In this document: piece after piece, positions 19,978 to 28,234 of the stretch
Position numbering within the stretch: the first letter of the stretch is position 1
Layout: each line of letters begins with the position of its first letter
Assembly: GCA_031459535.1 (NCBI GenBank)
Contig: JAVKIJ010000030.1
Span: 1-34,683 of the forward strand
DNA: 34,683 bases
Direction of reading: 5' to 3'
Source of the DNA: Candidatus Fervidifonticultor quintus
Lineage (GTDB): Bacteria; Sysuimicrobiota; Sysuimicrobiia; Sysuimicrobiales; Humicultoraceae
Notes under the pieces: model-generated
Database searches by the model: none
Told to the model about the DNA's origin: nothing
Seen by the model: only the letters and a program-made list of their open reading frames with translations
Program-made: the position numbers and the translations under genes

Positions 19978-20607
19978 ATGCGACAGCGGGTGCGGAACTA
20001 CCTGATCGCCGGATTCCTGGTGGTCCTGCCGCTGGCCGTCACGGTGTTCGTGCTGCTGGCGCTGTTCCGCTTCCTCGACAACCTGCTTGGGCCCATCTTT
20101 CGGCTCTTCGGCCTCCAGATCCCCGGGCTGGGCCTGGTCTCCGGCGTGCTGCTGATCCTGGTGGTCGGGTTTGGGGCCAGCAACGTGCTGGGCCGCCGCA
20201 TCGTGGCCCTCTTCGACGCGGTCATGCTCAAGATCCCGTTTGCCCGCACCGTGTATGCCGCCACCAAGCAGTTCAGCGATACGGTGTTCCTGCAGAACCG
20301 TGCCGCGTTCCGCGAGGCCGTGCTGGTCGAGTGGCCGCGCCAGGGGGTGTACTCCGTGGGGTTCGTGACCGGTGAGACCCGCGGGGAGGCCCAGGTCAAG
20401 ACCGCGGAGCGGGTGCTCAACGTCTTCATCATCACCACGCCCAATCCGACCACCGGCTTCCTGTGCCTGGTGCCCGAGAGCCAGCTCATCCGCCTGGAGA
20501 TGAGCGTGGAGGACGCGCTCAAGCTGGTGGTGTCGGCGGGCATCGTGAGCCCGCCCTACCGCCCCAGTCGCAGCGCGGCAGCCGGCCTCCCCGGCCAGTT
20601 CGAATGA
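19978..20607 (+). CDS. DUF502 family membrane protein
   Basis: GFLVVLPLAVT, IPFARTVY, VEWPR, TTPNPTTGF, ALKLVVSAG. Confidence 0.9.
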   Translation: MRQRVRNYLIAGFLVVLPLAVTVFVLLALFRFLDNLLGPIFRLFGLQIPGLGLVSGVLLILVVGFGASNVLGRRIVALFDAVMLKIPFARTVYAATKQFSDTVFLQNRAAFREAVLVEWPRQGVYSVGFVTGETRGEAQVKTAERVLNVFIITTPNPTTGFLCLVPESQLIRLEMSVEDALKLVVSAGIVSPPYRPSRSAAAGLPGQFE

Positions 20608-21032
20608 CGCCCCTCCGGACCCTGTCGCCGGCATCGGTGGCGCGGCTGGTGCGGGCGGCCCGGGCCGCCCGTCGGCGGGCGTACGCGCCCTACTCCGGCT
20701 TCAAGGTCGGCGCGGCGGTGTTGACGGCGTCCGGGGCGGTCGTGCCCGGGTGCAATGTCGAGAACGCGTCCTACGGGCTGTCGGTCTGCGCCGAGCGTGC
20801 AGCCATCCACCGCGCCATCGCCGAGGGCCACCGCGATCTGGTGGCCGTGGCGGTGACCTCCGGGCGCACGGCCGCCATGCCCTGTGGGGCGTGTCGACAG
20901 GTCATGGCCGAGTTCGGGGTGGGGGCCGTGATCGTGGACCGGCCTGGGGCCGGGCCCCGGCAGTACCCTCTGGCGGTTCTCCTGTCCCGCCCCTTCAGGG
21001 GGACCGCACTGTCGCAGCGCGGGCGCCTTTGA
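20604..21032 (+). CDS. cdd: Cytidine deaminase (homotetrameric type)
   Basis: ATG 20604 overlaps the DUF502 stop. AYAPYSGFKVGAA, NVENASY, CAER, PCGACRQ. Confidence 0.95.
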   Translation: MTPLRTLSPASVARLVRAARAARRRAYAPYSGFKVGAAVLTASGAVVPGCNVENASYGLSVCAERAAIHRAIAEGHRDLVAVAVTSGRTAAMPCGACRQVMAEFGVGAVIVDRPGAGPRQYPLAVLLSRPFRGTALSQRGRL

Positions 21033-21045
21033 ACGGTCCCATTTC

Positions 21046-21074
21046 TTGACGGTGCCAAAGGCGCCGCGTATAGT
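21046..21074 (+). promoter_or_regulatory. Sigma70/sigmaA-type promoter for the MgtE-CBS/NrmT/recO unit
   Basis: TTGACG (21046-21051), 17 bp, TATAGT (21069-21074). Confidence 0.8.
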
Positions 21075-21135
21075 GAACGCGGACTGAAGGCCGCGCTGCC
21101 CCCAGACGTGCGCGACCGGGTACGGGAGCAGGATC

Positions 21136-22422
21136 GTGCATGTTACCTCGTTGCCCTTCAGCCGGCTTCTGGGCAGGCAGGTCCGGGACGCCAGCGGTTT
21201 CGTGCTCGGTCGTCTTGCCGACCTGGCCACCGAAGTCCACCCCACCCGTCCCCGCATCGTCGGCCTCCTCCTCGACGTCGATCGCCCACGTGTGGCCGTA
21301 ATTCCGTGGGCCGCGGTCCGGGCGCTCGACCCCCAGATCCGCCTGGGTGTTGATCGCACCGCCCTGCAGCCCCGGCCCCTGCAGCCCAACGAGATCGCCC
21401 TGCGCGAGGCCCTGCTCGACAAGCAGGTCGTGGACATCAACGGTCTGCGGCTGGTCAAGGTCAACGATCTCTTCCTCTCGCAGACCAACGGTGACCTGCT
21501 CCTGGCGGGCGTGGATGTGGGGATCTCGGGGTTGCTGCGGAGGCTGGGCGTCGAGCGGCCGGTGCGGTGGGTGCTGTCGCGGTTGGGCCGGTCGCTGGCC
21601 GACCAGGCTCTTCCATGGACGTACGTGGCGGCGCTGGGCGGCCCCATCACCCCCCTCAAGCTCTCGATCTCGCGTGAACGGCTGCAATCGATCCACCCGG
21701 CCGACCTGGCCGAGCTGCTCGAGGAGATGGACCGCGAGGGGCGCGTGGAGGTCATGTCGGCGCTCAGCCACGAAGACGCTGCCGAGGTCCTGGAGGAAGC
21801 GGAGCCGGAAGTTCAGACCAACATCCTGCGCTCGCTGCCCGCCGAGCGCGCTTCTGACATTCTGGAGGAGATGGCCCCGGACGCGGCGGCCGATGTGCTG
21901 GGTGAGCTGCCTGAGAAGACGGCGAGTGACCTGATCGTCCGCATGGAGCCCGAGGCCAAGGCGGAGGTCTCCCGGTTGCTGGCGTATCCAGCGGACTCTG
22001 CCGGAGGGCGGATGAAGCTGGATTTCATTGCCATCCCCGACACCGCCACCGCCGGAGAGACCATTACGCGCCTCCGGGAACTGGCCCCTGACGCCGAGTC
22101 CATCTACTATCTCTACGTCGTAGACGCAGACGGTCGGCTGCGGGGTGTCGTTTCGCTGCGCGGCCTGCTCATCGCGGATCCGAAGACGCCCATCACCCAG
22201 ATCGCCACCACCGATGTGGCCGCCGTGCGGGCCGAAGAGAGCGACGAGGCGGCCGCGGCGCTGCTCATGAAGTACGACCTGCTGGCCGTCCCCGTGGTGG
22301 ATGCCTCGGACCGCCTGCTGGGTGTCGTCCAGGTGGACGATGTGATGGATCTGCTGGCCGAGCGCCTCGGCGGGCGGGTCCCACGCCGCCTGGCCCGCAT
22401 CCGCCGGGTGGGCCGGGGATAA
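21136..22422 (+). CDS. Soluble MgtE-like cytosolic protein (PRC-barrel-like N-terminus, MgtE_N, CBS pair; no TM domain)
   Basis: HPADLAELLEE, acidic MgtE_N repeats, YPADSAGGRM, IYYLYVVD..LRGVVSLR, KYDLLAVPVVD..VDDVMD; ends without TM helices. Confidence 0.88.
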   Translation: MHVTSLPFSRLLGRQVRDASGFVLGRLADLATEVHPTRPRIVGLLLDVDRPRVAVIPWAAVRALDPQIRLGVDRTALQPRPLQPNEIALREALLDKQVVDINGLRLVKVNDLFLSQTNGDLLLAGVDVGISGLLRRLGVERPVRWVLSRLGRSLADQALPWTYVAALGGPITPLKLSISRERLQSIHPADLAELLEEMDREGRVEVMSALSHEDAAEVLEEAEPEVQTNILRSLPAERASDILEEMAPDAAADVLGELPEKTASDLIVRMEPEAKAEVSRLLAYPADSAGGRMKLDFIAIPDTATAGETITRLRELAPDAESIYYLYVVDADGRLRGVVSLRGLLIADPKTPITQIATTDVAAVRAEESDEAAAALLMKYDLLAVPVVDASDRLLGVVQVDDVMDLLAERLGGRVPRRLARIRRVGRG

Positions 22423-22428
22423 CCGGCA

Positions 22429-23661
22429 GTGCTCTGGCTGAAGCGTCGCTGGACGTCCCTGGCCCTGTTCCTGTCCGTGGCTGGCCCGGGTATCGTCACC
22501 GCGGCGGTGGACAACGACGCCAACGGCATTGCGACCTACTCCACGGCCGGCGCGCACTACGGGTACGCGCTCCTGTGGACTATCCCGGTCGCGGTCGTGG
22601 CGCTGATGATCGTCCAGGAGATGGCAGCCCGGATGGGCGCCGTGACCGGCATGGGCCTGGCGGATCTGATCCGCGAGCAGTTCGGCCTCCGCCTCACTGC
22701 CGGCGTCATGGCGCTGCTCCTGCTGGCCAACTGGGCCAACGTCATCGGCGACTTCGCCGGCGTCGCCGGGAGCGTGGAGATCTTCGGACTGCCCCGGTTT
22801 GTCGGCGTCCCGGTGGTGGCCGCCTTGGTGGCCGTCACGGTCATGCGCGGGGGATACCGGGTCGTCGAACGCATCTTCCTCGGCGCGTCGGCGCTGTACG
22901 TGCTGTATGCGATCTCGGCGGCACTGGCGAAACCCGACTGGTGGGCGGTGGTGCGCTCAACGGTTACCCCGGCGTGGCGGTCGGATGCCGGATACTTCTA
23001 TCTGGTGATCGCGCTGGTGGGCACGACCATCGCGCCGTGGATGCAGTTCTATCACCAGGCGGCCGTGGTGGACAAGGGCCTGACGGCCGACGACCTGAGA
23101 TACGAGCGCCTGGACGTAGTCATCGGCGTCGTGGTCACCGGATTGGTGGCCGGCTCCATCATCGTTGCCACGGCGGCGACGCTGTTCCCCCATGGCATCC
23201 GCATCGAGGGCGCCGAGGACGCTGCGCGGGCTCTGGCGCCGCTGGCCGGCCCGTACGCGTCCGCGCTGTTCGCCATCGGGCTGCTCAATGCGGCGGTCTT
23301 CTCTGTGGCCATCATCCCGCTGTCTACCGCCTATGCCGTCTGCGAGGCATTTGGCTGGGAAGCGGGACTGGACCGGACGCTGCGGCAGGCCCCGGTGTTC
23401 TACGGGCTGTTCCTGGTCCTGCTGGGGATGGGCGCGCTGGCGGTGCTCTGGCCGGGGTTACCTCTGGTCCCCATCATGGTGGCCTCGCAGGCCCTCAACG
23501 GGGTGCTCCTGCCCGTGATCTTGATCGCCATGCTCAAGCTGGTCAACGACCGCCGCCTGATGGGCGAGCAGGTGAACGGGTCGACCTCCAACGCCATCGC
23601 GGGCGCGACGACGGTCTTGCTGATCGCCCTCAGCGCGGTCCTGCTGGTGGTCGCCCTGTGA
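22429..23661 (+). CDS. NRAMP-family divalent cation transporter, NrmT/NRMT (Mg2+) type
   Basis: GPGIVT then DNDANG in place of canonical DPGN; QEMAARMG, GTTIAPWM; about 11 TMs; coupled to the MgtE-cytosolic gene. Confidence 0.88.
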   Translation: MLWLKRRWTSLALFLSVAGPGIVTAAVDNDANGIATYSTAGAHYGYALLWTIPVAVVALMIVQEMAARMGAVTGMGLADLIREQFGLRLTAGVMALLLLANWANVIGDFAGVAGSVEIFGLPRFVGVPVVAALVAVTVMRGGYRVVERIFLGASALYVLYAISAALAKPDWWAVVRSTVTPAWRSDAGYFYLVIALVGTTIAPWMQFYHQAAVVDKGLTADDLRYERLDVVIGVVVTGLVAGSIIVATAATLFPHGIRIEGAEDAARALAPLAGPYASALFAIGLLNAAVFSVAIIPLSTAYAVCEAFGWEAGLDRTLRQAPVFYGLFLVLLGMGALAVLWPGLPLVPIMVASQALNGVLLPVILIAMLKLVNDRRLMGEQVNGSTSNAIAGATTVLLIALSAVLLVVAL

Positions 23662-23692
23662 GCGAGCCGGTCGCGGGTTCCTGACGCCAGCT

Positions 23693-24484
23693 GTGGGCCT
23701 GTACAAGATCGAAGGGGTCGTGCTCCGTCGGCGCAACCTGGGCGAGGCGGACCGCCTGGTAACCGTGCTCTCCTGGGATCGCGGCAAGGTGACGGTCGTG
23801 GCCCGGGGCGCCAGGCGCCCTCGCAGCCGGCTGGGCGGCCGCCTGGAGCCCGCCACGCGGTTCCGCGCGCTGGTCGCAGAGGGACGGACTCTCGACGTGG
23901 TCTCGCAGGTCGAAGTCCTGGACACGTTTGCGACGCTGCGTGCCGATCTGGAGCAGATGGGTGCCGCATCCATCCTGCTCGAGCTGGCCGACCGTGGTCT
24001 GGCCGACCGTCATCCGCACCCCGAGGTGTACCGTCTCCTGGTAGAGGCCCTCGGTCAGGTGCGAGCGGGTGCGCCGGAGCTGGCCTGGCGGTGGTTTGCC
24101 GCCCGCTTGCTGGTCTTGACCGGACATCGGCCGACAGTGACACGCTGCGTGGTTTGCGGCGGCCGTCTGCGCGACCCTATGGTATGGAGCTCCAGTATGG
24201 GCGGGTGCGCCCACGCGGTGTGCGGGGCCCGGGACCCTCAGGCGGTCCTGATTCCTCAAAGCGTAGCCGCCTTGCTGGCCTTCCTGCTCGACGCGCCGCC
24301 CGCAGCCCTGGGGCGGGCCGCCCCGGCCAGGCGGGACCTGGATCTGGCAGGCGATCTCCTGCTCGGGTACGCCGAGGCGTGCTGGGAGACCCGGCTGCGG
24401 GCGCCGGCAATTCTGGGGCGCGTGCGGGCGTCGGCGGCGACGGCTGAGAACCGATCGGGTGCACCCCGCGGGGACAGGACTTGA
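23693..24484 (+). CDS. recO: DNA repair protein RecO
   Basis: GVVLRRRNLGEADRLVT..GKVTVVARGARRPRSR, CxxC zinc site; conserved context. Confidence 0.93.
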   Translation: MGLYKIEGVVLRRRNLGEADRLVTVLSWDRGKVTVVARGARRPRSRLGGRLEPATRFRALVAEGRTLDVVSQVEVLDTFATLRADLEQMGAASILLELADRGLADRHPHPEVYRLLVEALGQVRAGAPELAWRWFAARLLVLTGHRPTVTRCVVCGGRLRDPMVWSSSMGGCAHAVCGARDPQAVLIPQSVAALLAFLLDAPPAALGRAAPARRDLDLAGDLLLGYAEACWETRLRAPAILGRVRASAATAENRSGAPRGDRT

Positions 24485-24497
24485 GAGGACGGCACCG

Positions 24498-24506
24498 TGG
24501 TATAGT
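24498..24506 (+). promoter_or_regulatory. Extended -10 promoter of the small DUF4342-like gene
   Basis: TGGTATAGT (TGnTAnnnT) 25 bp before ATG 24531. Confidence 0.6.
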
Positions 24507-24530
24507 CTGGAAAGGGGGGGTGCGGCGGCA

Positions 24531-24785
24531 ATGGAGATCGATCTGGACCGGGCGCGACGATCGTTGCTGGACCTGGGAGCGGCGCTGGCCGAGGCGCGAG
24601 GCGTCATCCGTCTGGGCCCGGAGTCGATGGTGCGGATCAAGACGGAGACCGAAGTGATCGAACTGCCGGTGATGTGGGCTGTGGCAGGTGCCGTGGCGTT
24701 TGCCGCCGCCGCGTTGCTCTCCACGATGTCTACGCCGTCGCTGCGTCGCCGGGTGCGAGAAGAAGAACCGCTCGGTATCGGCTAG
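24531..24785 (+). CDS. Small protein with one hydrophobic segment, DUF4342-like
   Basis: 84 aa; VIRLGPESMVRIK..VIELPV followed by a hydrophobic stretch resembles DUF4342. The recO-X-glyQ position matches my recollection of clostridial genomes. Family call is from memory. Confidence 0.6.
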   Translation: MEIDLDRARRSLLDLGAALAEARGVIRLGPESMVRIKTETEVIELPVMWAVAGAVAFAAAALLSTMSTPSLRRRVREEEPLGIG

Positions 24786-24846
24786 CGGGCTCGCCTCCCG
24801 CGGTCAGGCACCTGGTGCGCTCTTGGGCTGTCGTCGGTCGGCGGAT

Positions 24847-24876
24847 TTGACCGTATCGCGCAGCGGCTGCTAGAAT
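24847..24876 (+). promoter_or_regulatory. Promoter of the glyQS T-box leader
   Basis: TTGACC (24847-24852), 18 bp, TAGAAT (24871-24876) with extended TG. Confidence 0.75.
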
Positions 24877-24904
24877 ACGGCGGCACGTCCATACCGTGCA
24901 TGCC

Positions 24905-25135
24905 GTGTGATGACGGAGAGGAGTAACCGTCGGGCCGCATCGAGAGAGCCCGTGGGTGGTGGGAACGGGCGCGGCCGGCGGTGAACGGCGCTCCTGAACA
25001 GCCGCAAGCCCGTCGGGCTGATGTTGGCCGGGTTCCGCCCGAGACAGCGGTGGTGAGAGCCCGCGGCGCGATGGGCGCGGCGGGAATCAGGGTGGGACCG
25101 CGGAGCCTCCGTCCCTGAGGCGGAGCGCTCTTTTT
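24905..25135 (+). ncRNA. Glycine T-box riboswitch (transcriptional)
   Basis: Stem I with TGATGA GA motif, AGTA, AGAGAG and GGTGGGAA distal motifs; GGC specifier 24987-24989; stems II, IIA/B and III; T-box AATCAGGGTGGGACCGCGG; antiterminator TCAGGG/CCCTGA; directly before glyQ. Confidence 0.93.
25103..25135 (+). terminator. Intrinsic terminator of the T-box leader
   Basis: GAGC-CTCCGTC / GGCGGAG-C-GCTC stem then TTTTT (25131-25135); mutually exclusive with the antiterminator. Confidence 0.88.
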
Positions 25136-25149
25136 GTATGTGGGAGACC

Positions 25150-26040
25150 ATGCCAGTGCGCCGCACGCCGCTGAACTTCCAGGATATGCTCCTGGCCCTG
25201 GACCACTTCTGGGCCCGGCAGGGGTGCGTGCTCGAAGAGCCTTACGACGTGGAGGTCGGTGCCGGTACACTGCACCCGGCGACCTTTTTGCGGTCGCTGG
25301 GCGCCAGGCCGTGGCGCGTGGCGTACGTTCAGCCGAGCCGGCGCCCGGTGGACGGCCGCTACGGCCAGAACCCCAACCGACTCGGGAAGTACTACCAGTA
25401 CCAAGTGGTGTTGAAGCCTGCCCCAGACGACGTGCAGACGCTCTATCTGAAGAGCCTGGAGTACCTCGGCCTCGTCCTGGCGCACCACGATGTCCGATTC
25501 CTGGAGGACGACTGGGAGGCCCCGACGCTGGGCGCCTGGGGCGTGGGTTGGCAGGTCTATCTCGACGGGCAGGAGATCACCCAGTTCACCTACTTCCAGC
25601 AAATGGGCGGGCTCGATCTCGACCTCATCCCGGTCGAGATCACCTACGGTCCCGAGCGGCTCGCCATGTTCCTCCAGCGCAAGGCCTCGGTCTTCGACAT
25701 CCTCTGGACCGACGGCGTGACGTACGGCGAGCTGCGCAGAGAGGAAGAGCGCCAGCTCTCGGCCTACGGGTTCCAGCACAGTGACCCGGCGGTGCTGCGG
25801 GCCCTGTTCGAGACCTATGAAGCCGAGGCCAGGCGTCTGCTCGAGGTGCCACTGATCCTGCCCGCGTACGACGCAGTGCTCAAGTGCTCGCACCTGTTCA
25901 ATCTGCTGGAAGCCTGCGGAGCGGTGAGCGTCACGCAGCGCGTGGAACTCATGGGACGCACGCGCGCGCTGGCTCGAGCCTGTGCGTTGGCCTATCTGGA
26001 GGCAGAGGAGCAGCGCGGGGAGGGGGCGGCGCGTGCCTGA
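25150..26040 (+). CDS. glyQ: Glycine--tRNA ligase alpha subunit
   Basis: [52 protein letters not shown]. Confidence 0.97.
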   Translation: MPVRRTPLNFQDMLLALDHFWARQGCVLEEPYDVEVGAGTLHPATFLRSLGARPWRVAYVQPSRRPVDGRYGQNPNRLGKYYQYQVVLKPAPDDVQTLYLKSLEYLGLVLAHHDVRFLEDDWEAPTLGAWGVGWQVYLDGQEITQFTYFQQMGGLDLDLIPVEITYGPERLAMFLQRKASVFDILWTDGVTYGELRREEERQLSAYGFQHSDPAVLRALFETYEAEARRLLEVPLILPAYDAVLKCSHLFNLLEACGAVSVTQRVELMGRTRALARACALAYLEAEEQRGEGAARA

Positions 26041-28162
26041 GCCCGCCACCGGCGCGCGCTTTCTGCTGGAGATCGGCTGCGAGGAACTGCCGCCGGGCGC
26101 CCTGGCGTCGGTTCTCGAGCAGCTGGCCGCCGGTGCGGCCGAGGCGTTGCGCAAGGCGCGGCTGGACGCCGCCGAGCCCCGAGCGACCGGCACGCTGCGG
26201 CGGCTCGTGCTCACCGTTGCAGACGTGAAGCCCAGGCAGGCCGACCGCGTGACGGTAGTCCGAGGCCCGGCCGCGCGCATCGCCTACGACGGTGCGGGCC
26301 ATCCCACGCAAGCGGCGGCCGGCTTCGCGCGCTCTGTGGGCGTCCCGGTGGAAGCCCTGCAGGTGCGTGAGGTCGACGGCGGCCGCTACGTCGTCGCGGA
26401 GGTCCGGGAGGCCGGGCGTCCCGCCACCGAGGTACTCGGCGCCGTGCTGCCCGCCGTCGTCGCCGGGCTCGCGTTTCCCAAGACCATGAGATGGAAGGCC
26501 GGCGGCATCCGGTTCGGCCGACCCATCCGCTGGGTCGTGGCGCTGCTGGGCCGTCGCGTCGTCCGTATGGAGATCGCCGGGGTGCGGGCCGGCCGGCGTA
26601 CCTACGGACACCGCTTTCTGGCCCCCGGCGCCATTGTCCTGAGGGAGGCCGGGGACTACCACGAGGCAATGCGTCGGGCGGGGGTCATCCTGGATTACGA
26701 GGAGCGCCGCCGGCGCATTGTGGACGGGGCCCATGCCCTGGCAGCGGAGGTCGGCGGCAGGCCGGTCATCGACGAGGCGCTCCTGGAGGAACTGGCCTGG
26801 TCCGTGGAGCATCCCACGCCACTGTTAGGGACCTTCGATCAGGCTCTCGCCCGGGGGCTACCAAAGGAGGTCGTGCTGGTCACGCTGCAGCACCACCAGA
26901 AGTCGTTCGGGGTGCAAGATGCGGAGGGTCAACTGCTTCCGGCGTTCATCGCTGTGCGTGACGGCGGGACCTCACACCTGGCGTCGGTGCGGACCGGACA
27001 CGAGTGGGTTGTGCGGGCGCGCCTGGAGGACGCGCGCTTCTTCCTCGAGGAGGACCGGAGGGGATCGTTCGACGGCTGGAACGCGCAGTTGGCGCGGCTG
27101 GCGCACGTCGAAGGCTTGGGCTCGATGGCCGACCACGTGCGCCGCGTCCAACGGGTGGCGGCACATCTGGCGGAAGCGGCGCTGGCCTCCGAGGCCGACC
27201 GCCGTACCCTCGAGCGCGCTGCCGCGCTGTGCAAGGCAGACCTGGTCACGGCCCTCGTGCGAGAGTTCCCCGAGCTGCAGGGGATCGTGGGTCGCATCTA
27301 CGCCCTAGAGTCCGGGGAACCGCACGGGGTCGCGGCCGCCATCGAGGAACACTACTGGCCCAGATCCGCCGGCGGCCCTCTGCCGCAGACCACGCCGGGC
27401 GCGCTGCTCGGCGTCGCGGACCGCTCGGTCCTGCTCGCTGGCGCCGCGCTGGCGGGTCTGGAGCCGACCGGTTCGCAGGATCCCTACGGGTTGCGGCGTG
27501 CCGCCTCGGGCATGGTCGCGATCCTGGCAGCCCACGGGCTGCACCTGAGCCTGGCGGGCATCTTTGACGTCGCGGCCGAGGTTTACGAGGCGGCGCCGGA
27601 CGCCCGGGCACGCGCCGCGACGAGTTGTGTGAGCCTGGCGCTTCAGCGGCTTCGGATGGCGTTGCAGGACCAGGGAATGGCGTACGACACGGTGGATGCG
27701 GTCCTCGCCGCCGGAGGAGACGACGTTGCCGATCTGGTGGCGCGGGCGCGGGCGCTGCAGGCGGTCCGGACTGATCCAGCGATGCCCAGGCTGTCCACCG
27801 GTTTCGCGCGGGCGTCGCGCATCCTCAAGCAGGGCCACCCGGCCGCGACCATCGACGAGGGCCTGCTCGAGCAGGGGTCGGAATGCGGGCTGTATCAGGC
27901 GTGGAAGCAGGTGCGGGCTGACGTGGAGCGTCTGCTGGCCGGCCGCGGGGAGATGCGGCGCGGCACGGCACCGGAGCCCGTGGAGCGCTACGCGCGCGCG
28001 CTGGAGGCCCTGGAGCGCCTGGCCGATCCCATTGACCGTTTCTTCGATGACGTGCTGGTGATGGCGCCCGACCCCGCAGTGCGCGCCAACCGGCTGGCGC
28101 TGCTGCGGGAGGTCACGGCGACGTTCCTGGAGGTGGCAGATTTCAGTAGACTCTCGGGGTAG
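26033..28162 (+). CDS. glyS: Glycine--tRNA ligase beta subunit
   Basis: [58 protein letters not shown] start overlaps the glyQ end. Confidence 0.96.
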   Translation: MPEPATGARFLLEIGCEELPPGALASVLEQLAAGAAEALRKARLDAAEPRATGTLRRLVLTVADVKPRQADRVTVVRGPAARIAYDGAGHPTQAAAGFARSVGVPVEALQVREVDGGRYVVAEVREAGRPATEVLGAVLPAVVAGLAFPKTMRWKAGGIRFGRPIRWVVALLGRRVVRMEIAGVRAGRRTYGHRFLAPGAIVLREAGDYHEAMRRAGVILDYEERRRRIVDGAHALAAEVGGRPVIDEALLEELAWSVEHPTPLLGTFDQALARGLPKEVVLVTLQHHQKSFGVQDAEGQLLPAFIAVRDGGTSHLASVRTGHEWVVRARLEDARFFLEEDRRGSFDGWNAQLARLAHVEGLGSMADHVRRVQRVAAHLAEAALASEADRRTLERAAALCKADLVTALVREFPELQGIVGRIYALESGEPHGVAAAIEEHYWPRSAGGPLPQTTPGALLGVADRSVLLAGAALAGLEPTGSQDPYGLRRAASGMVAILAAHGLHLSLAGIFDVAAEVYEAAPDARARAATSCVSLALQRLRMALQDQGMAYDTVDAVLAAGGDDVADLVARARALQAVRTDPAMPRLSTGFARASRILKQGHPAATIDEGLLEQGSECGLYQAWKQVRADVERLLAGRGEMRRGTAPEPVERYARALEALERLADPIDRFFDDVLVMAPDPAVRANRLALLREVTATFLEVADFSRLSG

Positions 28163-28234
28163 AGGCGCCGCGCTGATGGGCGCCGAAGACCCCGAGGGGC
28201 CGGGGCTCCCCGGACATCTAGCAAGGAGGTTGGT

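Noticed and set aside
18703..20634. 643 aa minus-strand ORF, and similar long ones at 10302-11975, 20995-22557 and 7755-9032
   Set aside because: All lie opposite well-supported + strand genes, as expected in GC-rich DNA.
24514..24520. G7 run before the DUF4342-like gene and G6 run before hppA as possible phase-variation tracts
   Set aside because: Short, and placed where an RBS is expected; unremarkable at this GC content.
28163..28215. GC hairpins between glyS and ppdK as a terminator or sRNA
   Set aside because: No U-tract or recognisable motif; cannot be told from chance pairing.
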